Of a stretch of 64,000 nucleotides of DNA, positions 1 through 13,118 are shown piece after piece. A program made the position numbers and the translations under genes. A model generated the notes under the pieces. That model worked only from the letters and a program-made list of their open reading frames with translations, did not search any database and had not been told where the DNA came from. This DNA is from Felis catus. Taxonomy: Eukaryota. Within the stretch, counting starts at the first letter, position 1. Each line of letters starts with the position of its first letter. The stretch covers positions 44,952,001 through 45,016,000 of the forward strand of contig NC_058368.1 in the NCBI RefSeq assembly GCF_018350175.1, read 5' to 3'.

Positions 1-226
1 CGGCAAATCCAGATTTTAAAGCAAGTCATTTAATCACTACTTGTTACAGACACCAAAAGCAGTGATTTAAGATGAGGGTATGGTATATTCTCTAACGTTT
101 ATAATTGCAAAAAAATACACACAGTTCTCTGCATAATAGTTTGCCTTTACATGGTGGCTAATATAAAGAATGCTGGGAAACACATTTGAAGAGAAAAAAA
201 TATATTTAATCTTATGTTGTTTCTAG

Positions 227-1018
227 GGACACATATCCCACAAAGTAGAATACTAATTAAATATCAATATATAATATAAAATAATGAAGTTACATAGATT
301 GACATATTTGAATGAGAAAAAGAAAAAAAATTTTAAGAAGAATTGGAACAAAAAACAAGCTGAAATGGATTTGACATCTCTAATGTTCGTATTAATTTTG
401 TGCTCAAGTAACTAGATATAACCCAGTCTCCTAATAACAAAAGTCAACAAGAAACTCTGTCAGGAAAAAGGAGAATGAATACTGAGGGTAAAATGAGTGC
501 ACAACTTTATAAAAAATCAATCATTTTATGTGGCTATAAAGTTCATTGTTTTTTGTTTGAAGAACACCCAAATACTCTGCTGCAGTCCCTAATAAGAATT
601 CCAATCTCATTTATCAGATGATAGAAAGTAAAGAGGAAAAGTATAGAAATCTTACAATTTGAGTGTGACAGCTAAGAAAATCATCACTGAGTCTGTCAAA
701 TTGAAAGCTAGTGAAGAAGATAAGGAAGCACAAAATAAAGTCTGGATGTTTTTCATACTTCTCATACTATCATCCATGCATATATAATGAGAATCTCTAA
801 GATTCAGAATGTTACTCCAATTGCTATGGGACCTTTATATAATATCAGTGTGTTTGAAGCATTGTGAAGTCTTATAAAAATGGAGTGTATGAATGATGAT
901 AATGATAATGTTAGATGTTTATGAATTTTCAGTGAGCTTCTGGGGCTGAAATATAGGAGAGCTAAAACAAATGAAGAGACAGTCAAAACACATTTGCTTT
1001 AGTGAGAAGAATATGCTG
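227..1018 (+). pseudogene. Possible decayed large coding exon of a convergent gene
   Basis: Acceptor TGTTGTTTCTAG ending at 226, donor CTG|GTAAAC; 69 open codons 412-618 and further protein-like frames joined by frameshifts. Confidence 0.3.
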
Positions 1019-1542
1019 GTAAACAGGATATGTTAGCTCATATTTTCCTTTAATTGAAGTATGTTTCTAGAGTATGTATTGCTGTTTCCCAGTATTTTAA
1101 ACAATTTTAAAACAATATTACAGTATAACAACACCTATTGTATTATGAAAAAAATTAAGCAAGACAAACATTATAACAAAAGCTTTAATTTAAAATAATT
1201 TATGTTAATGAGAAATGATCAGGATCAGAATTCACCATTGAACTGGAAGCAGTAAATATATGTCATTCTTGTTTGGTAGAACCTTAGGGTTTTAATACTT
1301 TTATTTTAGAGATGAATAAAAATAAGGTACAGAAAGGTTAAATGAGGTCTTGCACATTTCAATGAAAATATCAGTTTTAGCACTCAAAACCTTTCTAAAA
1401 GAATGCACTGACCTTTGTAAAAGAAAAACACCGTAAAAATTGGAGGTCAGTATTGATCCTTCTCTGTCCTCTAAAAATGCTTCACCACTTTACCCCAGGA
1501 AAAATCTCCAATAGGCTGCTAAAGTTAACTTAGCCATCTATG

Positions 1543-1605
1543 ACAACAACAACGACAACAACAACGACAACAACAACAACACACACACACACACACACAC
1601 ACACA
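1543..1605. repeat. Compound microsatellite (CAA/CGA)n(CA)n
   Basis: Visible tandem units. Confidence 0.95.
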
Positions 1606-1919
1606 ATTATGACTACAAAATGCTAATGTCAAAACAGCAAACAGAATTGAAGGTCCTGAAATAAAAATCAAATAAAAACATAAAACATTATGTGGAGCTT
1701 AAGTGTAATGTTGTGGCTGATTCTTAGCATGCTTTCTGGAAAGGGGCAAAGATAATTGTAATGAGTTAAGAATGGGGGCAAAACCATGAAGTGTTTTATG
1801 TGCAAAGAAAAAAAAAAGTTTAAAATTTATCTTGAAAGCTATAGTTAAACAGTTTAAGGAGAGTTTATCCTGATATGGCATATGCTAGAGAGTATTTTAT
1901 ATTATGTTAGTACAGTTAT

Positions 1920-2090
1920 TATAAAAAGCCTATGATACAGGTATTATGGCTGTCCCCATATTATAGATTCAGAGCATGAGAAAAGGGAGAAAGTCAATTG
2001 CCCAATGTCACACAGCTATAAAGTGGCAGAGTCGAGAATTTGACTCACATGGTAGAGATTTAGAGATTGCCTCCTTACCCGCCATACTGC
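1920..2090 (-). mobile_element. MIR SINE
   Basis: Core motif ccccatattataga..ttgcccaatgtcacacagctataaagtggcagag. Confidence 0.75.
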
Positions 2091-2235
2091 TTATTCCTAA
2101 AGGCTAATTATTTAGCTGTTATAGCAGTACAACCAAAAGTAATAAGGACCTCATATAAGAAGATGGCGAGGTGAAATCTATGGGGAGTAGTGCCTGGTTT
2201 TAGGGAGTGATGGAGAAATGTTCAAGGAAAACTTT

Positions 2236-3760
2236 CACTATTTGCAGATGACATGACACTCTAGAAAATCCAAAAGTTTCCACCAAAAAAATGCTAGAAC
2301 TGATACACAATTTCAGTAAGGTTGCAGGATACAAAATCAGTATACAACAATCTGTTGCATTTCTATATACCAATAATGAGGCAGCAGAAAGAGAAATTAA
2401 GGAACCATTGCCATTTATAATTGTACCAAAAATAATAAGACACCTAGGGATAAACTTAACCAAAGAGGTGAAAGACCTGTACTCTGAACATTATAAAACA
2501 CTGATGTAAGAAATTGAAGATGCCACAATGTAATGGAAAGACATTCCATGCTCACGGATTGGAAGACCAAATATTGTTAAAATGTCTATAGTAGTCAAAA
2601 CAATTACACATTCAATGCAATCCCTATCAAAATATCTCAGCATTTTAATCAGAACTAGAACAAAGAATCCTAAAATTTGCAAGTAACCACAAAAGACCCT
2701 GAATAGCCAAAGCAACCTCGAAAAAGAAAAGCAAAGCTGGAGACATCACAATTCTGGACTTCAAATTATATTATAAAACTGTAGTGACCAAAGCAGTATT
2801 GTACTGGCACAAAAATAGACACAAAGATCAATAGAACAAAATAGAAAAGCCTGAAATAAACCCATAGCTATATAGTCAATAAATCTACAAAGCAGGAAAG
2901 AATATCCAACTGGAAAAAGACAGACTCTTCAACAAATTGTATTGGAAAAACTGGACAGTGACATGCAAAAGAATGAAACTGGACCACTTTCTTACACCAT
3001 ATACAAAAATAAATTCAAAATGGATTACAGACCTAAATGAGAGACCTTAAACCATAAAAATTCTAGAAGAGAACACAGGCAGTAACTTCTTTGACATCAG
3101 CCTTAGCAACTTCTTTCTAGATATGTCTTCTGAGGCAAGGGAAACAAAAGTAAAAGTGAACTACTGTGACTACCTCAAAATAAAAAGCTTCTTCACAGCA
3201 AAGGAAACAAACAAACAAAAAACTAAAATGCAACACACAGAATGGTAGAAGATATTTGCATATTTGACATACCTGATAAAGGGTTAGTAACCAAAATATA
3301 TAAAGAACTTAACAAACTCAACACCAGAAAAACAAATAATTCAATTTAAAAATGGGCAGAAGACCTGAATAGACATTTTTTCCAAAGAAGGCATCCAGAT
3401 GGCCAACACACAGGTGAAAAGATGTTCAACATCACTCATCATCAGGGAAATACAAATCAAAACTACAATGAGCTATCACCTCACACATGTCAGAATGGCT
3501 AAAATCAACAACACAAGAAACAACAGGGAGAGATGAGAATGTGGAGAAAGGGAACACTCTTACACTGTTGGTGGGAATGCAAACTGATGCAGCCACTCTG
3601 GAAAATAGTATGGAGGTTTCTCAAAAAAAAAAAATTGAACTACCCTATGATGCAGCAGTTGAACCACTAGGTATTTACCCAAAGAATATAGAAATACTAA
3701 TTCAAAGAGATACACGTACCCAATGTTTATAGCAGCATTATCTACAATAGCCAAACTGTC
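2236..3760 (+). mobile_element. Carnivore L1, ORF2 3' part (decayed)
   Basis: Begins at LFADDM-encoding sequence; ORFs 2291..2509 and 3487..3732 are L1 ORF2-like. Confidence 0.95.
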
Positions 3761-3789
3761 GAGTGATTTTTTTTCATTTGAAACATGTG

Positions 3790-4222
3790 ACTTTATTTTT
3801 TTCTTCCAAGTTTTTATTTAAATTCCAGTTAGTTAACATACAGTGTAATATTAGTTTCATGTGTAGGGTTTAGTGATTCATCACTTAAATAAAACACACA
3901 GTACTCATCACAAGTACCCTCCTTAATACTCATCACTCATTTAGCACTTCCCCCTATCTACCTCCCCTCCAGCAACTCCCAGTTTATTTTCTATTGTTAA
4001 GAGTCTATTTTATGGTTTGTCTCTCTCTTTTTTTACTCCTATGTTCATCTGTTTTGTTTCTTAAATCCCACAGATGAGTGAAATCATATGGTTGTTGTCT
4101 TTCTCTGACTTATTTTGCTTAGCATAATACTCTGTAGCTATGTCCGTGTCATTTCAAGTGACAAGATATCATTATTTTTTATGGCTGAGTAATATTACAT
4201 TATATATACACTACATCTTCTT
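3790..4222 (-). mobile_element. Carnivore L1 3' end and 3' UTR, inverted relative to the adjacent segment
   Basis: Reverse complement of the L1 3' terminus. Confidence 0.9.
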
Positions 4223-4790
4223 GAAGTTTAGAGCTTAGGTGATTTGTGGGATGATTGTGTCATTTACTGAGACTGGAAGCAAGGAAAAGGAGCTGGTTGG
4301 AAATAAAACACTTAGTTCAGTCATTGAATTGTTGGAGACACATGTAATTAATCCAAATAGAAAAGTGTTTGAAGATTTAAAGAGAAGCCTGGATAGAAAA
4401 AGATATTTGAAACAGTACATAGTTAGGAGTTTAAACCAATGGTTAGAATGAGGTCACTTCATGATGTTTTGTAAAGTGAGAAAAATAGGTCTTTAGTGAC
4501 ACCAATATTAAAGGGATGACAATGGCATTGGGGCCAAAAAGACAGGAGGAAAACAGAAGACATGAATGCCACTAAAGCAAAAACAGGTGAGAGGATCTCA
4601 AAAAATAACGGCGATATGGCCTAGCTAAATGCTACAGAAATTGATGGGATATTAGAAAATAAAATAGTCACTGGACTTTTTTTGTCATTAATAACTTAAT
4701 GGCAATCATTTCAGTGGAATGTTATGACCTGAGGTTGGATTCCTGAAATGGGGAGACATGAGTGTAGACCACTCCTACAAGACTTTTAAC
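4223..4790 (-). mobile_element. L2 LINE fragment
   Basis: gtgtcatttactgaga..gaattgttggagaca..cactggact..tttcagtgga L2-type motifs. Confidence 0.6.
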
Positions 4791-4797
4791 CCATGTA

Positions 4798-5018
4798 GTG
4801 GCGTCTGGGTGGCTCAGTCGGTTAAGCGTCCGACTTCGGCCCAGGTCACGATCTCATGGTCCGTGATTTCGAGCCCCGCGTGGGGCTCTGTGCTGACAGC
4901 TCAGAGCCTGGAGCCTGCTTCGGATTCTGTGTCTCCCTCTCTCTCTCTCTGCTCCTCCCCCGTTCATGCTCTGTCTCTCTCTGTCTCAAAAATAAATACG
5001 CATTTAAAAAATAAAAAA
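4798..5018 (+). mobile_element. Felid Can-SINE with 19-bp TSD aagacttttaacccatgta
   Basis: tRNA-derived head, (CT)n, A tail; TSD 4779-4797 and 5019-5037. Confidence 0.97.
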
Positions 5019-5134
5019 AAGACTTTTAACCCATGTATAATGCCTAGAGGGCTAGCCAGCGAGAAGCATCCAACCCAGGGAAGGTTATTTTAGTGTTTTG
5101 AGACAGAAGGAACAGGTGTTTAAAAGACCAATGA

Positions 5135-5306
5135 GGGGCACCTGGGTGTCTCAGTTGATGAAGTGCCTGACTCTTGACTTCGACCCAGGTCACGATCTCA
5201 GGGTTGGTGGGTTCACACCCCTTGTCGGGCTGTGTGCTGACAGCAGAGCCTGCTTGAGATTCTCCCTCTCTCTCTGCCCCTCCCCTACTCACATTCATCC
5301 TGTACC

Positions 5307-5358
<52 letters not shown>

Positions 5359-5418
5359 CTTCTCCCTGCTTGTGCACTCTCTCTCTCTCTCAAAATAAAT
5401 AAATAAACATTTTAAAAA
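5135..5418 (+). mobile_element. Can-SINE
   Basis: Head ggggcacctgggtg, (CT)n, A tail. Confidence 0.95.
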
Positions 5419-5719
5419 GCCACCTGACAATCACCAGTTGAAAAGGAATGTGTTGAAAAACAAAGGGAAAAAAATGGAGTAGGGCTGGGGAGACGAACTA
5501 AAAGGAAGAATAGGATACAGAGCCCCAGAGGAAGGAGCATTGCAGAACTGCCGAAGCCATTCCAAGATGAGGAAGCTCCCAAACTCAGGCACTCACAATG
5601 GAGGACAGAAGTTCCCTCACCGGCTGGTCTCACTTATGTCAGCAAAGTAACAGCTATTGTTGCCTTCTAAGAGCCTAGGGTAAGTGGAGAATTGGTGAAA
5701 GAACAGCTATAACACTTAA

Positions 5720-5950
5720 CACTTATTGTACACTTATACTCCATGGTAGATGGTGTGCTAAATCTTTTACAAATATTACCTCTTTAAATCTCACAACTAT
5801 TTTCAGATGCAGATGCTATTATTACTTCTATTTTACAAATGATGAAATTGAGCTCAGAGGGCTAAATATCTTGCCCCAAATTACACAATTTGTAAATGAC
5901 ACTGGTGTGAATGGAGATAAAATTTGACTTCATGCCTTTAACTGCTAGTA
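5720..5950 (-). mobile_element. MIR SINE
   Basis: attttacaaatgatgaaattgagctcagag core. Confidence 0.75.
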
Positions 5951-6169
5951 ACCTTATGTTGTTTCTTGAATACTAAAATTCTTTTGTAATTAATGAGGAA
6001 AAAATCTGTTTAAGCAAAACTCAAATTACTTTTTAGCAGCATCAGCGGCTAAACTGGGGCTCAAGAAAGAGAATTTTAAGACCAGTATGCAAGAAGGCAT
6101 GATTCCTCCAGAATGGTTCACTAGCTCAAGTGGCTTAACGAAGTACCACACTTTCTTCGGACCTTCTTC

Positions 6170-6475
6170 TTTCACTTTCACATCAGTCCTTCAAAGCTCA
6201 CAGAATCACACCTCTTTAAAAAGACTTTTGCCATCCCCTTTTCCTTGCCCTCAAATTATAGGTTAGGCATTTTTCTCTATCGACATGCAGCACCATGTCT
6301 ATAGATATATCACACTTACCTTGTTCTCATCTCTGGCTAATTTGACTGTCTCGCTCTATATCCTGAGACTACCTAAAGAGCAGAAACTATGCCTTTTATC
6401 TCTCAATTCTAGCCGCACAGCTAATCAAGTTACATAAAGGCACTCAACACAAGCCTCCTGAATGCATTAATTTTA
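6170..6475 (+). mobile_element. L2 3' end
   Basis: aggcactcaacac..tgaatgcattaa terminus. Confidence 0.55.
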
Positions 6476-7774
6476 AGTATGTTTTTATATATGCTAAAAT
6501 GATTTTTCTGATTCATCAATAAAACATTAGTTTAAATGCTTTATTTTCATATTATGTTATTGTTTTACCCTGGTAATGGATTAAGCTGATTCATCTCTCC
6601 CTCTCCCTCTCTCTCTATCCACATATATTAATGGACTTTTTAAAAAACGGTTTCAGGTTCACAGCAAAATTGAGAAGAAGGTACAGAGATTTCCCATATG
6701 CTACCGGCCCTCACACACGCATAGTCTATTAGCAACATCCCCCACTGGAGAGGTACGTTTGTTATAACCGATGAACCTACCTTGAGACCTCATTAACACC
6801 CAAAGTCCATTGTTTATATCAAGGTTCATTCTGGGCGCTATGCTTTTGGTCAGTTTGAAATGTATGATAACATATATCCACCACCTTACTAATGTGTGGA
6901 GTAGTTTCACTGACCTAAAAGCCCTCCATGTTCTGCCTATTCATCCTTCCCTCTCCCCAGCTCTTGGCAACCACTGATGTTTCTAATTTTTCCAGTTTGG
7001 CTTTTCCCAGAATGTCATTTAGTGGGAATCATATAGTGGATAGCCTTTTCATATTGGCTTCTTTCACTTGGTAATATGCATTTGAGTTTCCTCCATGTCT
7101 TTTCATGGCTTGATAGCTCAATTCCTTTTAGTGGTGAATAACATTACATTGTTATTTATTCATCTACTGAAGAACAATAGCTACTAAGGACATCTCAATT
7201 GTTCCCAAGTTTTGGCAATTATGAATAAAGCCACTTTATAAAACATCCACATACAGGTTTTTGAACAGACGTACATTTTAAACTCCTTTGGGTAAATCCC
7301 AGGAGCATGATTGCTGGACCGTATGCTAAGAGTATGATTAGTTTTGTGGAAAACTGACAAACTCTCTCAGTAGTTGTATCATTTTGCATTCCTGTCAACC
7401 GTGAATCAGAGTTCCTATCGCTCCACAGCCTCAGCAGCATTTGATGCTGTCAGTGTTTCAGATTTTGGCCATTTTAATCGATGTGCCGTGGTATCTCACT
7501 GGTTTGATTTGCACTTCTCTGATGACATATAATGCGAAGAATCTTTTCATAGGCTTATTTGCCATGGTAAATTTTCTTTGGTGAGGTATCTGTTAAAGTC
7601 TTTGGCCTGTTTTATAATTGAATTGTTTTCTTATTGTTGCATTTTAAAAGTTCTTTGCATATTTTAGATTATAGTCCTTTATCAGTTAGGATAGGTGCAA
7701 ATATTTTCTCCCAGCATATCACTTGTCTTTTCAACATCTTTTCAGTGTCTTTAACAGAACAGGAATGTGTACTG

Positions 7775-8417
7775 TTTTTAAAGTTTCTATTTAAATTCCA
7801 CTTAAATGAATACAGTGTAATATTAGTTTCAGGTGTACGATACAGTGATTCAACACTTCCATACAACACCATAGGCTCATCACAACAAGTGCCCTCCTTA
7901 ATCCCCATCACCTATATCACCTGTCTCCCACCCATATCCTTTTTGGTAACCATCAGTTTGTTCTCAGTAGTTAAAAGTCTGTTTCTTGGCTTCTCTCTCT
8001 TTTTTTTCCTTTGCTCATTTGTTTTGTTTCTTAAATTCCTCCTATGAGTGAAATCATATGGTATTTGTCTTTCTCTGATTGATTATTTTGTTAGAATAAT
8101 AAGCTATCTCCATCCATGTCACTGCAAATGGCAAGACTTCATTCCTTGTTTTGGCTGAGTAATATTCTATTGTGTGTATATGCCACATCTTTTGGTGTAG
8201 CCACTCTGGGGAACAGTATGGAGGCTCCTCAAAAAGTTAAAAATAGAACTGCTTTACAATCTAGTATAATTTCACTACTAGGTGTGTATACAAAGAATAC
8301 AAAAATACTACCTCAAAGGGATTAATGCACACTGATCTTTATATTAGCACTATCTACAATAGCCAAATTATAGAAATAGTCCAATTGCTCATCAACTGAT
8401 GAATGGATAAGGAAGGT
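7775..8417 (-). mobile_element. Carnivore L1 with 5' inversion (minus 7775-8190, plus 8192-8417)
   Basis: Both segments meet the same consensus position, as expected for twin priming. Confidence 0.85.
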
Positions 8418-8488
8418 TTAATTGCAATGAATTCCAGCTTATCAATTCTTTCTTTCTTTTGTTGCCATGTATCTAAAAAGTCATTTTT

Positions 8489-8723
8489 GGGGTGCCTGGG
8501 TGGCTCAGTTGGTTAAGTGCCCAACTCTTGGTTTTGGCTCAGGTCATAATCTCACGGTTCATGAGTTCAAGCCCTGCATCAGGCTCTGTGCTGACAGAGC
8601 AGAGCCCGCTTGGGATTCTCTCTCTCCCTCTCTCTCTGCCCCTCACTTGCACACACACACACACTCTCTCTCTCTCTCTGTCTCAAAATAAATACATAAA
8701 CTTAAAAAAATTAATTAAAAAAA
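8489..8723 (+). mobile_element. Can-SINE, TSD taaaaagtcatttt
   Basis: TSD 8474-8487 and 8724-8737. Confidence 0.96.
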
Positions 8724-9481
8724 TAAAAAGTCATTTTCATTCCTACAATCTCCTGGATTTTCTCCTATGTTTTATTCTAGGAATTTTATAGTTTTGCATT
8801 TTATATTTAAGTTTTTGATCCAATTTGAGTTAATTTTTGTGAAGGGTGCAAGGTTGTGTTTGACTCATTTTTTGACATGTGGCTATCTCATTGTTCCAAC
8901 ATCAATTGTTGAAAAGACTATCGTTTTTGCATTGTATTGCTTTTCCTCCTTTCTCAAAGATCAGCTGACTATATTGATGTGGTTCTATTTCTGGGCTCTC
9001 TATTCTGTTTTTATTGATTTGTTTCCAATTTTTTTTCTTTTCACCACTGTTACTAATGACACTGATCTGCTTATTAGAATGGGGTCAAAACAAGAGTTTT
9101 ATATACAGAATACATCAAAATATTCTGTGTCATTATTTTATTGTACTCTATTACTTAATTTAAAAAAAGAAAAGTAATATATCTGTAATATAAAATATGG
9201 TGGACAAATAGGCATAGTATGAAAAAATTCACATAAATAACTGATAAAAATGTGTTATTATTTAGATTCACTCCCAAATTACTATTTACACAATTGTAAG
9301 GTGTAATACAACCATCAATAAAAGCAAAAATCCTTTATTTTTTAGGTATGCAAATTAGTATGAGGTTAGATGAATTTAGCAAAACAGAGTTCGTTGTTTT
9401 ATATGCTACCATCTGAAATGGACAGATGTGAAGTTATCCTCTAAGCATATGTTGAAGCTTAAGCCTTTTTATGCCTTAATT

Positions 9482-9731
9482 TCATGCTTTCCTTGATGCA
9501 TAGTTTATAAAGCAGGCAATCTGGCAAACTGTAACTGTATTAAGGGTCCTCAAGTAAGATAGAATCTATACTGAGTAAAACTACATCACAAAGCCCAGAA
9601 CTACGTCATGGTTTATTTATGTTGAAGCTTGGATTATATTTTCCAGATGGATAATATATCTATGTCCTCTTAAAGGGTCCCTCTGTTTAAAGAGTTCTAT
9701 GTTTTTGTTCACACTCCTTTGCTCACTATAC
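9482..9731 (-). pseudogene. Possible terminal exon remnant (YSEQRSVNKNIELFKQRDPLRGHRYIIHLENIIQAST*INHDVVLGFVM*..)
   Basis: AG at 9732-9733; 37 open codons then scattered stops; minus-strand AATAAA at 9334-9339. Confidence 0.45.
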
Positions 9732-9799
9732 CTTTATAACGTTTGAAAAGTGCATGCTCCTTCACATATTTCTGAGGAGTTACATATAAGGTTTATACT

Positions 9800-10625
9800 A
9801 ATTTTTGATTTAGAAATGTTCAAACTTATTAGACCTATCCAACCTATTAAAAAGTTAAAAAAAAATATTATACTCATATGCCCATCACCAGATTCAGTGT
9901 TAACATTCTGTTCCATATGCCTTTATGCCTTCTAGCTCCCCCCACACACATGTGCTTGTGTGCCCCACTCCCCAACATACACCCAAACTGGTTGTTCCCT
10001 GAAACTCTTATTAGTATCCTGAGGACATCGTAACACTTTACTCCAAAATGCTTCAATATGAGTTTCTTAAGAATAAAGACATTCTGCAATATAAACTCAA
10101 TACCATTTCCATCACCTAGAAAATCAACAATAATTACATAACATCATCTCAGTTTATATTCATATTTCCCTAACTGCCCTAAAAACATTTTATTCTGTTA
10201 TTATTTCAAAATCTAGGATCTAATCAAGTTCACAGAGTGCATTTGCTTTTTGTATCTGTTTGAATACCTTCAACCTAGAGCCACTTTACAACCTCCAAAC
10301 TTTCGTAATCTTTCCAAGACATTAACTTTGTTAAAACAACCAGGGCAATTCTCCATAACAAATCTCACATTACAATTTTGATTGCTTTCTCATAGTGTTG
10401 TCTCACTTGTCTTGTTTGTGTACCCTTTATATTGCTAGTAAATGGAAATTTAGATCTGAAAGTTAAATGTTTGTGGCAAGTATAGGTGATGCTTTGCCAC
10501 CTCAGACGCCACAATATGTCAGGCTGTGTCTTCTTGGTTATATATACTGTTTGATAACCTGCTTAGGGAGTGATTACCAGATATGTCCATTAGAGAAGTA
10601 CTTATTTTTCTTTTGTAATTAGCCT
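9800..10625 (-). mobile_element. Ancient L1 3' UTR (L1MC4/L1ME-like)
   Basis: ttcttaagaataaagacattct..catcacctagaaaatcaacaataatt motifs. Confidence 0.65.
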
Positions 10626-10723
10626 CCTCACACATTTTTATTGTGATGTCAAGAATGTTTCTCATAAGATCAATTTGTTGCAAAGGATATATGATTCAGC
10701 ATTTTAGATATTATTGGTATTCT

Positions 10724-11199
10724 TCATAATGTTTAATTTTATGTGCCAGCCTAACTGGCCACAGAGAGCCAATATTAAACATTATTTCTGATTATCTGTC
10801 AGAGTGTTTCTGGATGACATTAGCCTTTGAATTGGTAGACTCAGGAAAGTAGATTGCATCCCCCACCCAACAACAATGTGGGTGGGCATCATCTAATCAG
10901 ATGAGGGTTTGAATGGAATAACAGCAGAGGAAGGAAGAATTTTCCCCTTTCTCATGCCTCACTGCAAAGCTGGGACATCTCCTCTCATCTTTTCCTGCAC
11001 TTAGACAGGTATTTATACCACTGGTCTATTCTCTGGTTCTGAGGCTGAAACATATCACCAGTTTTCCTGGATCTCCAGTATGCAAAAGCAGATCATGGGA
11101 CTTCTCACACTCACACAAGCCAATTCCTCATAAAAAATGTATATATACATACATACATGCACACACACATCTGTATCATGGAGAATCTTTACTAATACA
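10724..11199 (+). mobile_element. MLT2-type (ERVL) solo LTR
   Basis: ttaattttatgtgccagc..aacattatttctg..tgtgggtgggcatcatctaatc..actaataca. Confidence 0.9.
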
Positions 11200-11636
11200 T
11201 GCTTTAATATATTTTTTTCAAAAGCCTGTACCATCAAATTTGACTCATTTAATGTACAGAAAATATCTTATTAAACTGAATTTCAAATGACCCCACTAAA
11301 TGAAACTTAATTTTAATTTTAGAAGTCTAACAATTTTTTAATATGAAGAAACATGGTTATTTACAGTCCCATGAGAACCACATTACTTCTGAATTCACAG
11401 ATAGACAGGGATATGAAAAGTGAGGAAAGGGGTAGAGACAGAAAGAGTGAGAGACAGGGAAGCTTGCCATGAATTTTTTTTCACAAAGATTGAGATAAAG
11501 AGTGCCATTGTTTTTTTTTTTGTTATACACAAGCCCTCTCTACTTTTCAGGGGATCTTCCTTAACATAAAATCATTCTAGAATTGTCTCTTTATATAGTG
11601 TCCAGCAGTTGTTAGCATTCAGTCACAAGATTTGGA

Positions 11637-11719
11637 TTCCTTCCTTCCTTTCTTTCTTCCTTCCTTCCTTCCTTCCTTCCTTCCTTCCTCTCTCTCTCCC
11701 CCTCCCTCCTTCTCTCTTT

Positions 11720-11775
<56 letters not shown>

Positions 11776-11777
11776 TC
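11637..11777. repeat. (TTCC)n/(TTTC)n microsatellite
   Basis: Visible tandem units. Confidence 0.97.
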
Positions 11778-12527
11778 AACTTAGGAGAATGATAATTATG
11801 AAAGGGAGTTGGAAAGGAGAATTTGTTCAGCACAGATGCATTCTTGCATGGATCGCGTTTAGGAAGTGGTATTTATGAAAGCTGAGGATATGCAAATTGA
11901 TTACCTTAAGTATAAGCCAATCCTTGTAGCTCCTAAAGGTATATATGTATACTCCAGTGTTGAAACCTCTGATCTAAAGGATAATCACCGAGGATAATCA
12001 TTGCTAATAGTATATGAGTTTATAATATGGGCCAGGCCCTTTAGATATTTTATTTGTAGCCCTCACAACAGTCCTGTGAAGGAAGTATTATATTTCCAAT
12101 GTAGAACCAGAGATGTGCATACACATGAATTTCATATGACCCTGCAGCAATTTAACCAGGTCAGGAGGCTACAAAACCTCCATTTTTCCATTATTCGAAG
12201 TTGCTGCTCACATAAATTATAGTCAAGGCCTTTTGACTAATTTTCCTAAATGAGGCCCAGAATTTTATACAATGCTAAACAAGGGATTTTCTTTGATATT
12301 TTAAATTTAACCTATGAGTATGATGTGCTAATGAGGATCAAGGCCTTTAAAGTATAGCTTGTATCTCTAAGTGGTTATCTTCTTTAGTTGATAGTGAGGT
12401 ACAATCATTTTATCAATCAATATAGATGCTCAGGTTCATGCTTAATTTCTTTATTTATCCTTAAGAATTTTGGTACATGCGATGTAGTGGCATTCAGTCT
12501 TCATTTGTTCCTCATTTACGGTCTTAC

Positions 12528-12643
12528 TACTGAACAGAACACCTGGACAAGAACATGCATGAAATATTTTAGTAGTAGATTCTGGGGTAATTGATTATAT
12601 AACTTGAAAAAGCTGCCCATCCTAAAGTCTGGACTCCCAACTC
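12528..12643 (-). pseudogene. Exon remnant, stop-free (RVGSPDFRMGSFFKLYNQLPQNLLLKYFMHVLVQVFCSV); may extend to about 12312
   Basis: Acceptor CTTAACTTATACATACACAG in phase with the previous remnant; donor GTA|GTAAGA. Confidence 0.55.
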
Positions 12644-12816
12644 CTGTGTATGTATAAGTTAAGAAAAGTTATATAAAAGATGCCATTTGAATTCAGAAAA
12701 TAACTCCAATTTGTAAACATGTGACCTTCCCAAACTAATTTTATGATTTTTTCCCATTTTTTTCAATTTTTAAAGCATTTTAGAGTGTTCAGATTGCCTT
12801 ACATATGTAAACTTAC

Positions 12817-13034
12817 TCTGATCATCTTTCTGTTAGCCCTCCAATGCCTAGTCTGCTAAAATAACAGACAGAACATTCCATGGGATGCTCTAAAGCTAAT
12901 AAAGCCTTGGTCCCAAAAGCACTGACTCAGGTAAAACATTCTGAAGGTTCAGGAAAGGCAGAGCAAGCCCTGTCTCCTCAAATAAGCCTTCCCCTTGAGG
13001 TCATGCAAAATGCCCTGCTCACCGCAGGAACATC
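12817..13034 (-). pseudogene. Exon remnant, 218 nt (..LFEETGLALPFLNLQNVLPESVLLGPRLY*L*SIPWNVLSVILAD..)
   Basis: Acceptor TTTGCCTTTAATGTTAG, donor AGA|GTAAGT; phase 2 to 1; six stops. Confidence 0.55.
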
Positions 13035-13074
13035 CTAACATTAAAGGCAAAGAGGATATCCTTTTGGCTGCTAG

Positions 13075-13075
<1 letters not shown>

Positions 13076-13117
<42 letters not shown>

Positions 13118-13118
13118 C
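13076..13118. repeat. (GT)n(GC)n microsatellite
   Basis: Visible tandem units. Confidence 0.97.

Larger units (their letters stand above)
6630..9050 (-). mobile_element. Old eutherian L1 (L1MC-like) 3' part with nested insertions
   Basis: ttcaggttcacagcaaaattgag..gtacagagatttcccata 3' UTR signature. Confidence 0.9.

Noticed and set aside
4758..5430. ORFs of 100-128 aa, and similar ones at 15364, 23378, 53001, 57489
   Set aside because: They are translations of SINE bodies and CT/GA repeats.
11609..11878. Low-complexity ORFs on both strands
   Set aside because: Produced by the (TTCC)n/(TTTC)n microsatellite.
11776..11975. Possible hAT/MER relic ending ttgaaacctctg
   Set aside because: Only one terminus is suggestive; family not identifiable.
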